Source of the DNA: Octopus sinensis
Taxonomy: Eukaryota
Length of the DNA: 64,000 bases
Direction of reading: 5' to 3'
Assembly (NCBI RefSeq): GCF_006345805.1
Contig: NC_043020.1
Coordinates: forward strand, 21,142,001-21,206,000
Below are positions 38,799-51,486 of the stretch, in pieces; positions within the stretch are counted from its first letter, which is position 1; each line of letters opens with the position of its first letter. The position numbers and the translations under genes were made by a program. The notes beneath the pieces are model-generated. The model saw only the letters and a list, made by a program, of their open reading frames with translations, did not search any database and was not told the origin of the DNA.

Positions 38799-41547
38799 AT
38801 CATCATCATCATCATCATCGTTTAACGTCTGTTCTCCATGCTAGCATGGGTTGGACGGTTCGACCGGGGATCTGGGAAGCCAGAAGGCTGCACCAGGCTC
38901 CAGTCTTATCTGGCAATGTTTCTACAGCTGGATGCCCTTCCTAACGCCAACCACTCCGTGAGTGTAGTGGGTGCTTTTTACGTGCCACCTGCACAGGTGC
39001 CAGGCGAGGCTGGCAATGGCCACGGTCGGATTGGTGTATTTTATGTGCCACCGGCACGGAAGCCAGTCGAGGTGGCGCTGGCATCGGCCACGAGTCGGAT
39101 AGTGCTTTTTACGTACCACCAGACCAGGGATCCTGGCTGGTTCAATTCGATTTCGCTTTCGCTTGCCCCAACATGTCTTCGCAAGCAAAGGGGGGTTGGC
39201 ATTGGTGCCTGTCGTACGGTCGGATCGGTGTATTTTACGTGCCACCGGCACGGAAGCCAGTGGAGGCGGCACTGGCATCGGCCACGAGTCGGATAGTGCT
39301 TTTACGTACCACCAGACCAGGGATCCTGGCTGGTTCAATTCGATTTCGATTTCGCTTTCGCTTGCCCCAACATGTCTTCGCAAGCAAAGGGGGTTGGCAT
39401 GGGTGCCTGTCGTCGGATGAGGTTCTATATCGACTTCGCTTACCTCAACAGGTCTTTGTGTCCAAGGGAGGAAAGGCATTCATAAGTGGGCTGGGCTCAC
39501 TTGTCCTGCCTGGTCTTCTCACGTACAGCATATTTCCAGAGGTCTCGGTCGCTGGTCATTTCCTCAGTGAGGCCTAAAGTTCGAAGGTCGTGCTTCACCA
39601 CCTCGTCCCAGGTTTTCCTGGGTCTACCTCTTCCACGGGCTTCCTCAACTGCTAGGGATTGGCACTTTCTCACACACCTATCTTCATCCATTCTTGCCAC
39701 ATGACCATACAAGCGCAATCGTCTCTCTTGCACACCACAACTGATGCTTCTTAGGTACAACATTTCTCTCAAGGTACTAATGCTCTGTCGAGTATGTACA
39801 CTCACATTACACATCCATCGGAGCATACTGGCTTCATTCCTCACGAGCTTACGCATGTCCTCAGCAGTCACGGCCCATGTTTCACTGTGATGTAGCATGG
39901 CTGTTCATACACATGCATCATACAGTCTGCCTTTTACTCTGAGCGAGAGGCCTTTAGTCACCAGCAGAGGTAAGAGCTCCCTAAACTTTGCCCAGGCTAT
40001 TCTTATTCTAGCAGTTACACTTTCAGTGCACCCACCCCCACTACTGACTTGGTCACCTAGATAACGGAAGCTATCAACTACTTCTAGTTTTTCCCCCTGG
40101 AAAGTGACGGAAGTTGTTTTCTGCAGATTTTCGGAGGTTAATGCTCCCGAGCATCTGCCACATACAAAAACTATCTTCCCAGTTAGCCTACCTTTGACAT
40201 TGCTGCACTTCTTATGTGTCCATAGCTTACACTGGGTACATCTTATAGAGTTTCTACCTACACCTTTTCTACAGATTGAGCAGGGCCATCTTCCTGAAGA
40301 CATTTGTGGATTGTCTACTTTCCTACTTATTAGTACTTTGGTTTTAGCTAGGTTGACTCTAAGGCCCCTCGATTCTAAACCCTCCTTCCACACCTGGAAC
40401 TTCTCCTCCAGTTCTGATAGTGACTCAGCAATTAGAGCAAGGTCGTCAGCGTAGAGGAGCTCCCAGGGGCAACCTGTCTTGAATTCCTCCGTAATTGCCT
40501 GGAGGACTATGATAAATAGGAGGGGGCTGAGTACTGAACCCTGGTGGACCCCAACCTCTACTTTGAATTCTTCTGTGTACATGTTGCCAACCCTAACCTT
40601 ACTTACGGCATCTCTGTACATGGCTTGCACAGCCCTCACCAGCCATTCATCTATCCCTAGTTTCCTCATTGACCACCAGATAAGGGATCGGGGGACCCTA
40701 TCAAAGGCTTTCTCCATGTCAATGAAAGCCAGGTACAGGGGCTTATCTTTGGCTAGGTATTTCTCCTGCAGCTGCCTTACCAGGAATATAGCATCAGAAT
40801 AATTACAGAATGGGATAAAGAGAGTCTGCCGAATGTCAACCCAACAGAGGGACCAGCCATCCGAGCTGAAAATTCTTTGGTAGTTAAAGCAATTAGAAGC
40901 ATGAAGACAGGGAAAGCCCCAAGCCCATCAGGAATTACTGCAGAGATGCTCAAAATATCTGACATTGCTGCACTTCTTATGTGTCCATAGCTTACACTGG
41001 GTACATCTTATAGAGTTTCTACCTACACCTTTTCTACAGATTGAGCAGGGCCATCTTCCTGAAGACATTTGTGGATTGTCTACCTTCCTACTTATTATAG
41101 TCAACCAGGTGATAACCTGGTTGACTATACGGGTGACTAGGTTATAGCCGACACTGCCAGATATTTGGAGCATCTCTGCAGTAATTCCTGATGGGCCTGG
41201 GGCTTTCCCTGTCTTCATGCTTCTAATTGCTTTAACTACCAAAGAATTTTCAGCTCGGATGGCTGGTCCCTCTGTTGGGTTGACATTCGGCAGACTCTCT
41301 TTATCCCATTCATTTTCTTTATTCAGCAACCTTTCATAGTGGCATCTCCAAACCTCTCTCTTTGCATCCTCATTTAGCGCAAGTAAACCATCATCCATGC
41401 GAACACACTTCTCTCCTACCACATCACGGTTCTCTCTCACACACTGTCTTGCAACACGAAATACCTCAAGTCTTTCATCCTCACGGCTCAGTACATTGTC
41501 AAATTTTTTCTTATCCGCTTCCCCTCTGGCTAAATAAACCTGTCTCC
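38799..41547 (-). mobile_element. Relatively young, 5'-truncated and rearranged RTE LINE with a PHD finger inside RT
   Basis: [32 protein letters not shown]4HC3 finger, FRYLG and GRGRPRKTW. It has an (ATC)n tail and a tandem duplication of about 190 bp in the 3' UTR. Confidence 0.92.
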
Positions 41548-41555
41548 TATATATA

Positions 41556-41604
<49 letters not shown>

Positions 41605-41615
41605 TTATATATATA

Positions 41616-41691
<76 letters not shown>

Positions 41692-41692
41692 G

Positions 41693-41723
<31 letters not shown>

Positions 41724-41823
41724 ATATATACAAATACATATATATATATAATATATATATACAAATACATATGTATATATATATATAATGTATATATATA
41801 TATATGTTATATATATACTATAT

Positions 41824-41899
<76 letters not shown>

Positions 41900-41992
41900 A
41901 AATATTATTCGAGACAAAACCACTATTTTGCAAAACAAACAAGGAAAGACTTAATCAATACATAAAATTTTAATAAATAGTCAAAAAAACCG

Positions 41993-42035
41993 CCACTACA
42001 ATCGTTTCTTGTCTTGATCGACAATCTTCAGGTGG
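41993..42035 (-). ncRNA. Type I hammerhead ribozyme
   Basis: Reverse complement of 42088-42130. Confidence 0.8.
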
Positions 42036-42087
42036 ACTTCCAATAATTCAGTGTCAAATTATAATTTGACACTGAATTATTGGAAGT

Positions 42088-42130
42088 CCACCTGAAGATT
42101 GTCGATCAAGACAAGAAACGATTGTAGTGG
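42088..42130 (+). ncRNA. Type I hammerhead ribozyme
   Basis: CCAC-CTGAAGA-TTGTC gatcaa GACAA-GAAAC-GATT-GTA-GTGG, with a 4-bp stem I, 5-bp stem II and GUA triplet. Confidence 0.82.
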
Positions 42131-42307
42131 CGGTTTTTTTTGACTATTTATTAAAATTTTATGTATTGATTAAGTCTTTCCTTGTTTGTTTGCAAAATAG
42201 TGGTTTTGTCTCGAATAATATTTTATAATATTTTACTATAAAATCGATTTAATCCTAAATCTGATTTTTTCCCTGTAAATTTGGATTTATTCCCTAATAT
42301 TTATTAT

Positions 42308-42395
<88 letters not shown>

Positions 42396-42396
42396 G

Positions 42397-42447
<51 letters not shown>

Positions 42448-42488
42448 ATATATTATATATATATATATACAAATACATATGTATATAA

Positions 42489-42565
<77 letters not shown>

Positions 42566-42571
42566 ATATAT

Positions 42572-42631
<60 letters not shown>

Positions 42632-42636
42632 TATAT

Positions 42637-42967
42637 ATTGTTATATTTCGTAATGGTCATATTGCCATTTTAGCCAATAAAAACACACGCACTATATATT
42701 TGGTGTTATTTTGCTTCAGTGTTATTTATTTTTTACATTAATCTTAATCTTATTTCGGCCAGAGTTCTTTCATCACACTCCTGTGACCGCATCAGTGGTC
42801 CTTTGTTTTCTTCTTACTTATTTGTGTCTCTCCTTACTAACCGTCAGCCATTTTGTAGTGCATGTGTTTTTATTGGCTAAAATGGCAATATGACCATTCC
42901 GAAATATAACAATATCTGTTTCAACACACGACTTCACATAAAAAATCTTGCACAACAAATATTTAAC

Positions 42968-43007
<40 letters not shown>

Positions 43008-43012
43008 GTATA

Positions 43013-43098
<86 letters not shown>

Positions 43099-43738
43099 AT
43101 ATATACGTTTAAATATTTGTTGTGCAAGATTTTTTATGTGAAGACGTGTGTTGAAACAGATTTTGTTATATTTCGGAATGGTCATTTTGCCTTCCCCCTT
43201 TTATTTTTTTTCAATTCAAATTATTATTATTACTAGTATTGTTGTTATACATACATACATACATACATATGTAATGATAATAATAGGTGGATGTAAACAC
43301 ATGAACAAAATAAGAATAAACAAAAACAACAAAAACAAAAACAAAAAACAAAATACAAATTACATGAACATATAAAATTACAAATTACATGAACATATAT
43401 AAACAGAAGATACAAATATTACAGGCATCCCCCACATACATACACTAAATAAACATAAACGCACATAGAGATATAAGCATGTGCAATTGAAGACATACAA
43501 TAGAAATACAAAATGGCTGACGGTTAGTAAGGAGAGACACAAATAAGTAAGAAGAAAACAAAGGACCACTGATGCGGTCACAGGAGTGTGATGAAAGAAC
43601 TCTGGCCGAAATAAGATTAAGATTAATGTAAGAAATAAATAACACTGAAGAAAAATAACACTGAAGCAAAGTAACACCAAATATATAGTACATGTGTTTT
43701 TATTGGCTAAACTGGCAAAATGACCATTCCGAAATATA
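42637..43738. mobile_element. Two fold-back mini-elements of one family, tail-to-tail across a (TA)n tract
   Basis: 42637-42693 is inverted to 42857-42912. The tail 42913-42968 is inverted to 43106-43160. About 42640-42856 is inverted to 43510-43738. Confidence 0.75.
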
Positions 43739-43843
<105 letters not shown>

Positions 43844-43862
43844 GTTAGATAAGCTGGTTTAC

Positions 43863-43923
43863 GGGATTACCTTAGGTTTCATGTACATAAAAGGCTTAAC
43901 TTTATGACATATCATCAGATCCC
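43863..43923 (-). ncRNA. Type I hammerhead ribozyme
   Basis: Minus strand: GGGAT-CTGATGA-T-ATGTCATAAA...TTTATGTACAT-GAAACC-TAA-GGTA-ATCCC, with a perfect 5-bp stem I. Confidence 0.8.
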
Positions 43924-44069
43924 AAAACCTGTTGGCTTAAGGTCTCTCTAGCAAGTGGTCTTTCTAGAATATGGAAGATGAAAGGACCTCACTGTATGTA
44001 TATATATATATATTAAGTGAAGGGAAGAAATGGAGCTGAACGAAGATTCTACAAAATTCCTTTTTATTA

Positions 44070-44153
44070 TTTTCTACATATGTTTCAAAGGCTGCAAATT
44101 TCCAAATTTGGATTGAATAAGGAGACCATTTTGCAGCTTTCTCTTCAGGAAAA
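44070..44153 (-). ncRNA. Type I hammerhead ribozyme (mirror of 45141-45224)
   Basis: Reverse complement of the 45141-45224 motif. Confidence 0.8.
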
Positions 44154-45140
44154 ACCAGGAATTTAAATCTCCAAACAAATGCACAGCAAGCTATTCGAAC
44201 AAAGCGCTCCCTAGGAGCCCATGTTAAGGCACAAAACTTCACAACATTTCGCGATTTTAGAAAACAACACGCGACCGGACTGAGTAAATTAATCTGGCGT
44301 TTGAAGAACGCGAATTCAGCATTTAGACTGGAATGGTCGATTTTATCGGTGTCTGCACCGTTTAATAGAGGCAAAAGAATCTGTAATCTCTGCAACTCTG
44401 AACTTTTTCACATTTTGTTCGCCCGAGGGCAGCTGGTTAACGCGATTTTGCAAAACTCTTTCAGATGTTCCCACTGGAGGTGGCACTCATTTCTTGCATA
44501 CAATTGAAGCCTAAGATAATTAACACCTTGATGTCCTAAGAAAAGAAAAAAATTTTGGAAAAAATTTTGAAAAAAATTTTGAATTAAATTTGTAAAGGGA
44601 AATTACTTCCCTTTTAGCGTATGATCTGCTACTTATTTAGAAACAATATCAGGGATTATACTCCCCTTGTTTGACAAGTCATCTGTGTATAAACTGACCA
44701 CAGACGAACACACAGACACAGGCTTTTATCAGCCGCTTGACCTACAATATCTGCAATATATTTTCCCTCTAGCTGCTTCCTAACATACTGCCACACATAC
44801 ACAGGCGCACACGCACATACATGTAAGTAGTTTCTCACACCCAAATAAGATAGCTTTCATTCTTAAAACAATTCGAACATTAACATTAGTTATACAGAAT
44901 ATATTCACTCTCTTTGGTTTTCTGGAATTCTTCCCCTACCAAATTTAACCGCAGTTTGACCTCGAATTCTTCCCCTACCAAATTTAACCGCAGTTTGACC
45001 AACGGACTTTTTCGTCAGCCTTCACCCACCCTGACGTCAACGCACATTGAGAGACAATTTTGTGCCTTACCATGGGCTCCTAGGGAGCGTTTTGTTCGAA
45101 TAGCTTGCTGCGCATTTGCTTGGAGATTTAAATTCCTGGT

Positions 45141-45224
45141 TTTTCCTGAAGAGAAAGCTGCAAAATGGTCTCCTTATTCAATCCGAATTTGGAAATTTGC
45201 AGCCTTTGAAACATATGTAGAAAA
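45141..45224 (+). ncRNA. Type I hammerhead ribozyme
   Basis: TTTTC-CTGAAGA-GAAAGCTGCAAA...TTTGCAGCCTTT-GAAAC-ATAT-GTA-GAAAA, with palindrome ACATATGT. Predicted cleavage is after 45219. Confidence 0.82.
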
Positions 45225-45451
45225 TAATAAAAAGGAATTTTGTAGAATCTTCGTTCAGCTCCATTTCTTCCCTTCACTTAATATATAAAACTTCAATTAT
45301 CCGCGCTAAGGCACGGTTGCGACACCCCATGGTTGTAACCTCAACCGTATTTTTTCTGTTGTGATTTTTGCTACCCAGGTATCGGTTAAATTTTGAATAA
45401 TCCGTAACAAGATAATTCATTTATCCATTTCAATAAATATATATATATATG

Positions 45452-45503
<52 letters not shown>

Positions 45504-45590
45504 TATTAGAGACAAAACCACTATTTTGCAAAACAAACAAGGAAAGACTTAATCAATACATAAAATTTTAATAAATAGTCAAAAAAACCG

Positions 45591-45633
45591 CCACTACAAT
45601 TGTTTCTTGTCTTGATCGACAATCTTCAGGTGG
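45591..45633 (-). ncRNA. Type I hammerhead ribozyme
   Basis: Reverse complement of 48601-48643. Confidence 0.82.
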
Positions 45634-48600
45634 ACTTCCATACGGACAAATAAACACATACATCCCCCAAAATGGGCGTAATCCCACTCACACCAATCAT
45701 ATGTATACAATTATACACACTAGAATAATACATAACTAACCCAAATATACAGAACATATTAAAAATCACCAACAAACCACCATCACAAATGAAACCTACA
45801 CCCATACAATGACAAAACTCCCCCCTCCATACCCAATTTACACCCACATAGCAATCCCAATATATTCATCCATACATGGACGCACGTGCGTGAAGCACAT
45901 GCACACAATAAATACGTACAACCCCCCAATACACACTCATATACATACGTATCAAGCTCGACATCCACAGCAATACGCTTACACCCACTCACACCCAGAT
46001 GGGTGAATTGCACAACCAGGGAACGCACACACACACGTGTGCGTATTTTGATTGTGCAACTCGCCCATATGCATGTATGCGGGCGCGATTACATTGTTGC
46101 ACATATCGAGCCCAACTAGCATGCATATGTACATGAGGGGGTACACGTACATGCCGTGCGCGTGTACCCCCTGCATTTATACCCGTGCGTGAATATACAC
46201 ATGGAGACTACCACACAGGTACAATTGTGTATAGTAATGGGAGCCCCATCACTACACTCAATGTATACTCTCACCCATCCGCACGGATGTGAAAGCGAAT
46301 CTCCGGTGTATATGTTGAGGCTTATATGTAGCGCTGTGGAGGTGAACGTCGTTGAAATTGTGAATGAATGGGTGGAGTTGGGAATTGTAACCGGGTGGTG
46401 GGCTAGCGTTGCTTGGAATTGGGAATGGAATAGTGTAGTAGTAAGGCAGGCATCGAGAATAGATTTGGGTTACTGCAAGTTGTTTGTTAGAGCTGCTAAG
46501 ATGAGCTAAAGCTCATAAATGTATATAATAATTTATTATGGTAGTTTTATTAAAGAATCCATTCATAATAAATTTTTTTTAAGTAGTGTTGGTTTGCCAC
46601 GTGGATATAGTTTTTAGTTCCATTTATTCTATTTCTCCATTCAAAATTTTAAATGACGTTTACTTTCCATGGCGCGTATTCTTTTTTTACATAAGTTATA
46701 TTTCTATGGTAACGTAATTTTGGTTTGATTTTTTTTAACGGCTAAGAATTTAATTTCACTTCATAATTTGAAACTGACTTGTAAGTATGTATTTTATTTC
46801 TCCTTATGTCATATTGTTATTTTTGATATTCTGGTTAATTACGATGTATTTAATGTTGTTTTTTATTGGAGTGTTTATGTATATGAGATTGTGTGTAAGT
46901 TTTTAGTTGTATAATTTATTTATCTGTATGAGTGTGGGTGTGTAAATATTGTTGTATATATCGAGTTTAGTGAGTATGTATATGCGTATATGTGAGGGAG
47001 TATATGTATCTGTTGTGTGTGTGTGTTTTGCGTGTGTGTGTGTTTGTGTGTGAATGTGTATATGGGTTTGTTATTTAGGTTTTGGGATGTATGTGTTAAT
47101 TTGTCTGTGTGGGGAGGGAGTGGGTTTTTGGTGTATATTGAGGTTTATAAGTTAGTATAGGTATGTGTATAAGTCGTGGGTCTGTGGTTTACGTGTGTGT
47201 TTTTTGTGTGTGAATGTTTAGGTTAGGGGGATTGCTATATAGGTTTGTTATAGAGTTTAGCAAAGGGAGATTTTATCGTTATATGTTTTTAAGAGTTTTG
47301 GTTTATCATGGTTTTTTTAGGGAATTCGTGGTAATTGTCTATTTTCGATGTTGGTTGTTTTATTACATTGTTTCATTCATAATTTTTGAGTGGTGTTCGT
47401 TTTGCCACGTGAATATTATTTTTAATTCCATTTATTCCATTTCTCCATTCATTATTTTAAAAGATGTTCGTTTCCAGGGCGGTTATACTTTTTATACATA
47501 TGTTAAGTTCCTTGTAAAGTAATTTTGTTTGGTGTATATGTTGAGGCTTATATGTACTTGTGGGTGTGTGTGAGTGGGGTGGGTGTTTGTATTTGTTATG
47601 GGTGTGTGGTTTACGTGTGTGTATTTGTGTGTGAATGTATAGGTTAAAGGGATTGCTATATAAGTATGTTATAGTGTTTAGTAAAGGGAGGTTTTATCAT
47701 TTATGTTTTGTGAGTTTTAGCTTATCATGGTAGTTTTATAAAAGAATCCATTCATAATTTTTGTGTTTATTTGTCTGTGTGGGTTGAGTGGGTTTTGGAG
47801 TATATGTTGAGGTTTATATGTATGTATAGGTATGTGTAAGTGGTGTGGGTATTTGTATATGTCGTGGGTGTGTGGTTTACGTGTGTGTATTTGTGTGTGA
47901 ATGTTTAGGTTAGGGGGATTGCTATATAGGTATGTTATAGAGTTTAGTAAAGGAGATTTTATCATTATATGTTTTTATGAGTTTTGGTTTATCATGGTAG
48001 GTTTGTTAAGGAATTCGTAGTAATTTGTGTCTATTTGCGATGTCTGTTGTTTTATTGCATTGTTTCATTCATAATTTTTAAGTAGTGTTCGTTTTACCAA
48101 GTGAATATAATTTTTAATTCCATTTATTCCATTTCTCCGTTCATAATTTTAAGTGATGTCCGTTTTCTAGAGCGTGAATGTGGGTTGTATGTGTGTGTGG
48201 GAGTATGAATAAGTATTGTGTTGAAGTATTTAGCTATTTTATTTATTTATAGTTGCCTAGACGTTTTTATGTGTATGTATAGGATATATATATAGGTGTG
48301 TGATTTAGTGTATGTAGTTAGATATGGTTATATATAATTAGGTATATGTGTATGGGTGTATATATAGTTTATTATTATATTATTATTATTTTTTTGTTTT
48401 GTTTTATATTTTATATTTTATATTTTATATTTAATTGTTGATAGGTTTATTTTAGTTTATATATTGTTTATATATTGATTATATATGGATTATATATAGG
48501 TTATATATGGATTATATATTTATATTTTTTCATTCATACTTTAATTATTTTAAAATTATTATTTTTATATTTTAAAATATTGATATTTTAGATTGGAAGT

Positions 48601-48643
48601 CCACCTGAAGATTGTCGATCAAGACAAGAAACAATTGTAGTGG
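48601..48643 (+). ncRNA. Type I hammerhead ribozyme
   Basis: CCAC-CTGAAGA-TTGTC gatcaa GACAA-GAAAC-AATT-GTA-GTGG, with palindrome ACAATTGT. Confidence 0.85.
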
Positions 48644-49007
48644 CGGTTTTTTTGACTATTTATTAAAATTTTATGTATTGATTAAGTCTTTCCTTGTTTG
48701 TTTTGCAAAATAGTGGTTTTGTCTCTAATAATATTTTATAATATTTTACTATAAAATTGGATTTAATCCTAAATCTGATTTTTTCCCTGTAAATTTGGAT
48801 TTATTCCCTAATATTTATTATTTATATATATATATATTTATATATATATATACATATATATATATATACATATATTATATTAAATTAGAGATAAAACCAC
48901 TATTAGGCAAATCATACAATGAAAAACTTAAGCCAATACATAAGATTATTTAATTTATATTATTTAAATATATAACAAAATTATTTAAAAAAATATAATT
49001 AATATAA

Positions 49008-49072
49008 CACTACGATCGTTTCATGGCTGTTAATTTCTTTAAATTTTCGAGTTACAGTCATTCATCAGGTGG
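49008..49072 (-). ncRNA. Type I hammerhead motif in a short element (48875-49130) related to 1808-3720
   Basis: Minus strand: CAC-CTGATGA-ATGACTGT...ACAGCCAT-GAAAC-GATC-GTA-GTG. Confidence 0.7.
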
Positions 49073-49946
49073 TTTAAATATTTAACTTGGCGAGGTTTAA
49101 TCAATGATTTATTCCCTAATATTTATTATATATATATATATATATCAGATTTCTTCAGGATTTGTGTATCTGGAGTTTTTAAGGTCCAGCCAACATTCAG
49201 AATGTGTCTCAGACATCTCTGATGGAAGCATTAAAGGACCATTACATGACTTTTGTAAAGGGTCCATGTCTCACATGAGTAAAGGAGTGATGTCAGTACA
49301 CATACACAGTACATAGCAATTTTTGTTTGCCTTGTAATGCCATGTTAGGACCAGACACAAGACTCATGAGAAGGAATCAGTTGTTCTACAGCCTGAAAGA
49401 TATTTCATGTTCCAAGGAGCAAGAACGGTTGAGTGTGCTGCCCAGGTAGACAAACTTGTCTGCCACTTTCAGTATTGTTCTTTCAACCAAGATAGCTATA
49501 ATAGTACTTCTGAATAAAAATATATATAAATATAGATCTAAAAATAAAAAGAGAAGCAATGCACATGTAAAGGGAAAATATCATCAATGCCTGTGCAAAG
49601 TTTTAGGTCTAATAAGGCCTGATAGATCCTCTCCACTCTAATGACATTATCCAGAGACAAGCCAAGGCAAGATGTTGGGTACCAATTTGAGTTGCAGGCT
49701 CAGGGTTTTGAGAGTGCCATGATCTCAAGCATAAGCAAAATCTGGTTTTATATCAGAGTAGTTTTCTCCTAGAGTCATGCTTCAACAAGTGGTCTTCCAG
49801 CACACCGAACACCATCCTGGAATTTCTCTATGCCCATGCTATTGCTAGATAGTTGTTGAACCTGCACTAAGTTCATCCAGCCTTTTAACAGGTCTTGTTT
49901 TTAGTTCTGCTGGGTTCCCAGCAACCCTTTTCACCAGTCTAGTCAG

Positions 49947-50034
49947 CAGTTTAGTCGCTGACAACCCAACCATGCAACAGGTTGTACTGGGTTCCATGTT
50001 ATCAATAGCACTCATGAGAGCCTCACAAGTGACC
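49947..50034 (-). ncRNA. Candidate HDV-like ribozyme in a solo RTE 5'-UTR relic (about 49650-50040)
   Basis: Minus strand: GGTCAC...CAGT-ACA-ACCTGT-TGC-ATGGTT-GGG-TTG TCAG CGA-CTAA-ACTG. P2 (CAGT/ACTG) is intact; homologous to 12787-12865. Confidence 0.5.
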
Positions 50035-50069
50035 TGACACATACATACATATATACATACATACATACA

Positions 50070-50099
<30 letters not shown>

Positions 50100-50100
<1 letters not shown>

Positions 50101-50611
50101 TGGGTTGTCCAGAAAGTTTGTGTTGATTTTTAAAGGAAAGGAAAAGGTCAATAAATACCTGCCATTACATTTTTAATCAACCAAATATGAACCATTTTGT
50201 TGCACAATGCATCTCCATCTTTCCTTTAACTTGAAAATACCCTATTCTCAGAACTGAGGTGCTTTCATGGCAAAGAATTAATCAAGGTATCTTTTTACAT
50301 CATCCAAGGAATCGAAATTTTTACCATTAAGACTATTCTGCAGAGACCTGAGTAAGTGGAAATCCGAAGGAGCAATATCTGGTGAATATGGAGGGTGGGG
50401 TAATACATCCCAGCCGAGCTGCAGCAGTTTTTGTTTGGTTCCCAAAACATCAAGTGCCGAAAATGAACTTTCCTATCTTCCATTTTAAAGGGTTACAGAA
50501 TTAACACAAATGGAGGTGTAGTCAAATCCCATTTTATGGATTCAACCATGTTCTAAAATAAGTTGAAAGGTAAGCTACTATAAATCAGCACGAACTTTCC
50601 AGACAACCCAA
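50100..50611 (-). mobile_element. Mariner internal-deletion derivative
   Basis: TIRs TTGGGTTGTCCAGAAAGTTTGTG / CACGAACTTTCCAGACAACCCAA; HPPYSPDIAPSDFHL on the minus strand. Confidence 0.85.
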
Positions 50612-51486
50612 TGCATACATACATACCACCTTGAAGAATTTTAGTCTCATGAATTGACACCAGTACTTTTCCTTTAAGCCTGGTACTTATTCTATCAGTC
50701 TCTAACTGCTAAGTTATGGGGTTGTAAACAAATTTGCACCAGTTGTCAAGTGGTGGGAAAAATATATACCCAAAGAGACACACACACACATAATATCTGT
50801 GTATGTGTGTGTGTATGCATACACAAACAACAGGCTTCTTTCAGTTTCTGTTCACCAAATCAACTCACAAGTGTTTAGTCAACCTGAGGCTATAGTAGAA
50901 GATACTTGTCCAAAGTGCTTTGCAGTGGCACACTGCATCTGGAAATATGTGGTTGGGAAGCAGACTTCTTACCACACAGTGGGAAGACCATCCTGCTTCA
51001 TAACGAGGTGATAAAGAAGATTTAAAAACTATTCCCCATATGCCTCTTGTTTCACCTCTATAAGCTGTTTACAAAGGGCATATCAAAACAGCCCAACAAC
51101 AAACAACCAAGTGAGCAAGCAATACAATAGATCACGTATTCACTCTCACACAGCTCAAAAATATAAATTACAAAGCAAATAGACCAAAATTGGTCAATGA
51201 AAATAAAAATAAAAAGTATAAATATAAATCAACCAAATCTAAAAGCATGTCTCTCTTTTTATGTAAATGCTTTTCTTCAAAGGACACGTAGTCATACCAT
51301 TATATAAGTGGTTTGCCAGTCCACCTGTAAAGCTTAATTTCAGTTGTCCTAGTACCCATCACAGATGCTTAATGAGTCATTAAAAGATGCAATCACAGAG
51401 GAAGAGATTTATTTGCCTGCATCCATATATACACACGTATGTTCATTAACCCATTGTATACATAGAAATAATTATATTTAAATATA

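Larger units (their letters stand above)
41897..42305 (+). mobile_element. Zero-spacer palindromic PLE-type mini-element in (TA)n
   Basis: Arms of about 165 bp symmetric about 42061/42062, plus a 3' tail 42227-42305 present on one side only. Confidence 0.85.
44010..45435 (+). mobile_element. 5'-truncated, inverted PLE: inverted pLTR + GIY-YIG C-terminus + pLTR + tail, in (TA)n
   Basis: 44010-44236 is inverted to 45058-45286. Bases 44240-44507 encode ATGLSKLIWRLK...CNLCNSELFHILF...CSH. Confidence 0.85.
45496..48820 (+). mobile_element. 3.3-kb PLE-type element with inverted hammerhead-bearing ends and a repetitive non-coding interior
   Basis: 45496-45640 is inverted to 48594-48738, with the tail at 48740-48820. 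The ends belong to the same family as 41897-42305. Confidence 0.75.
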
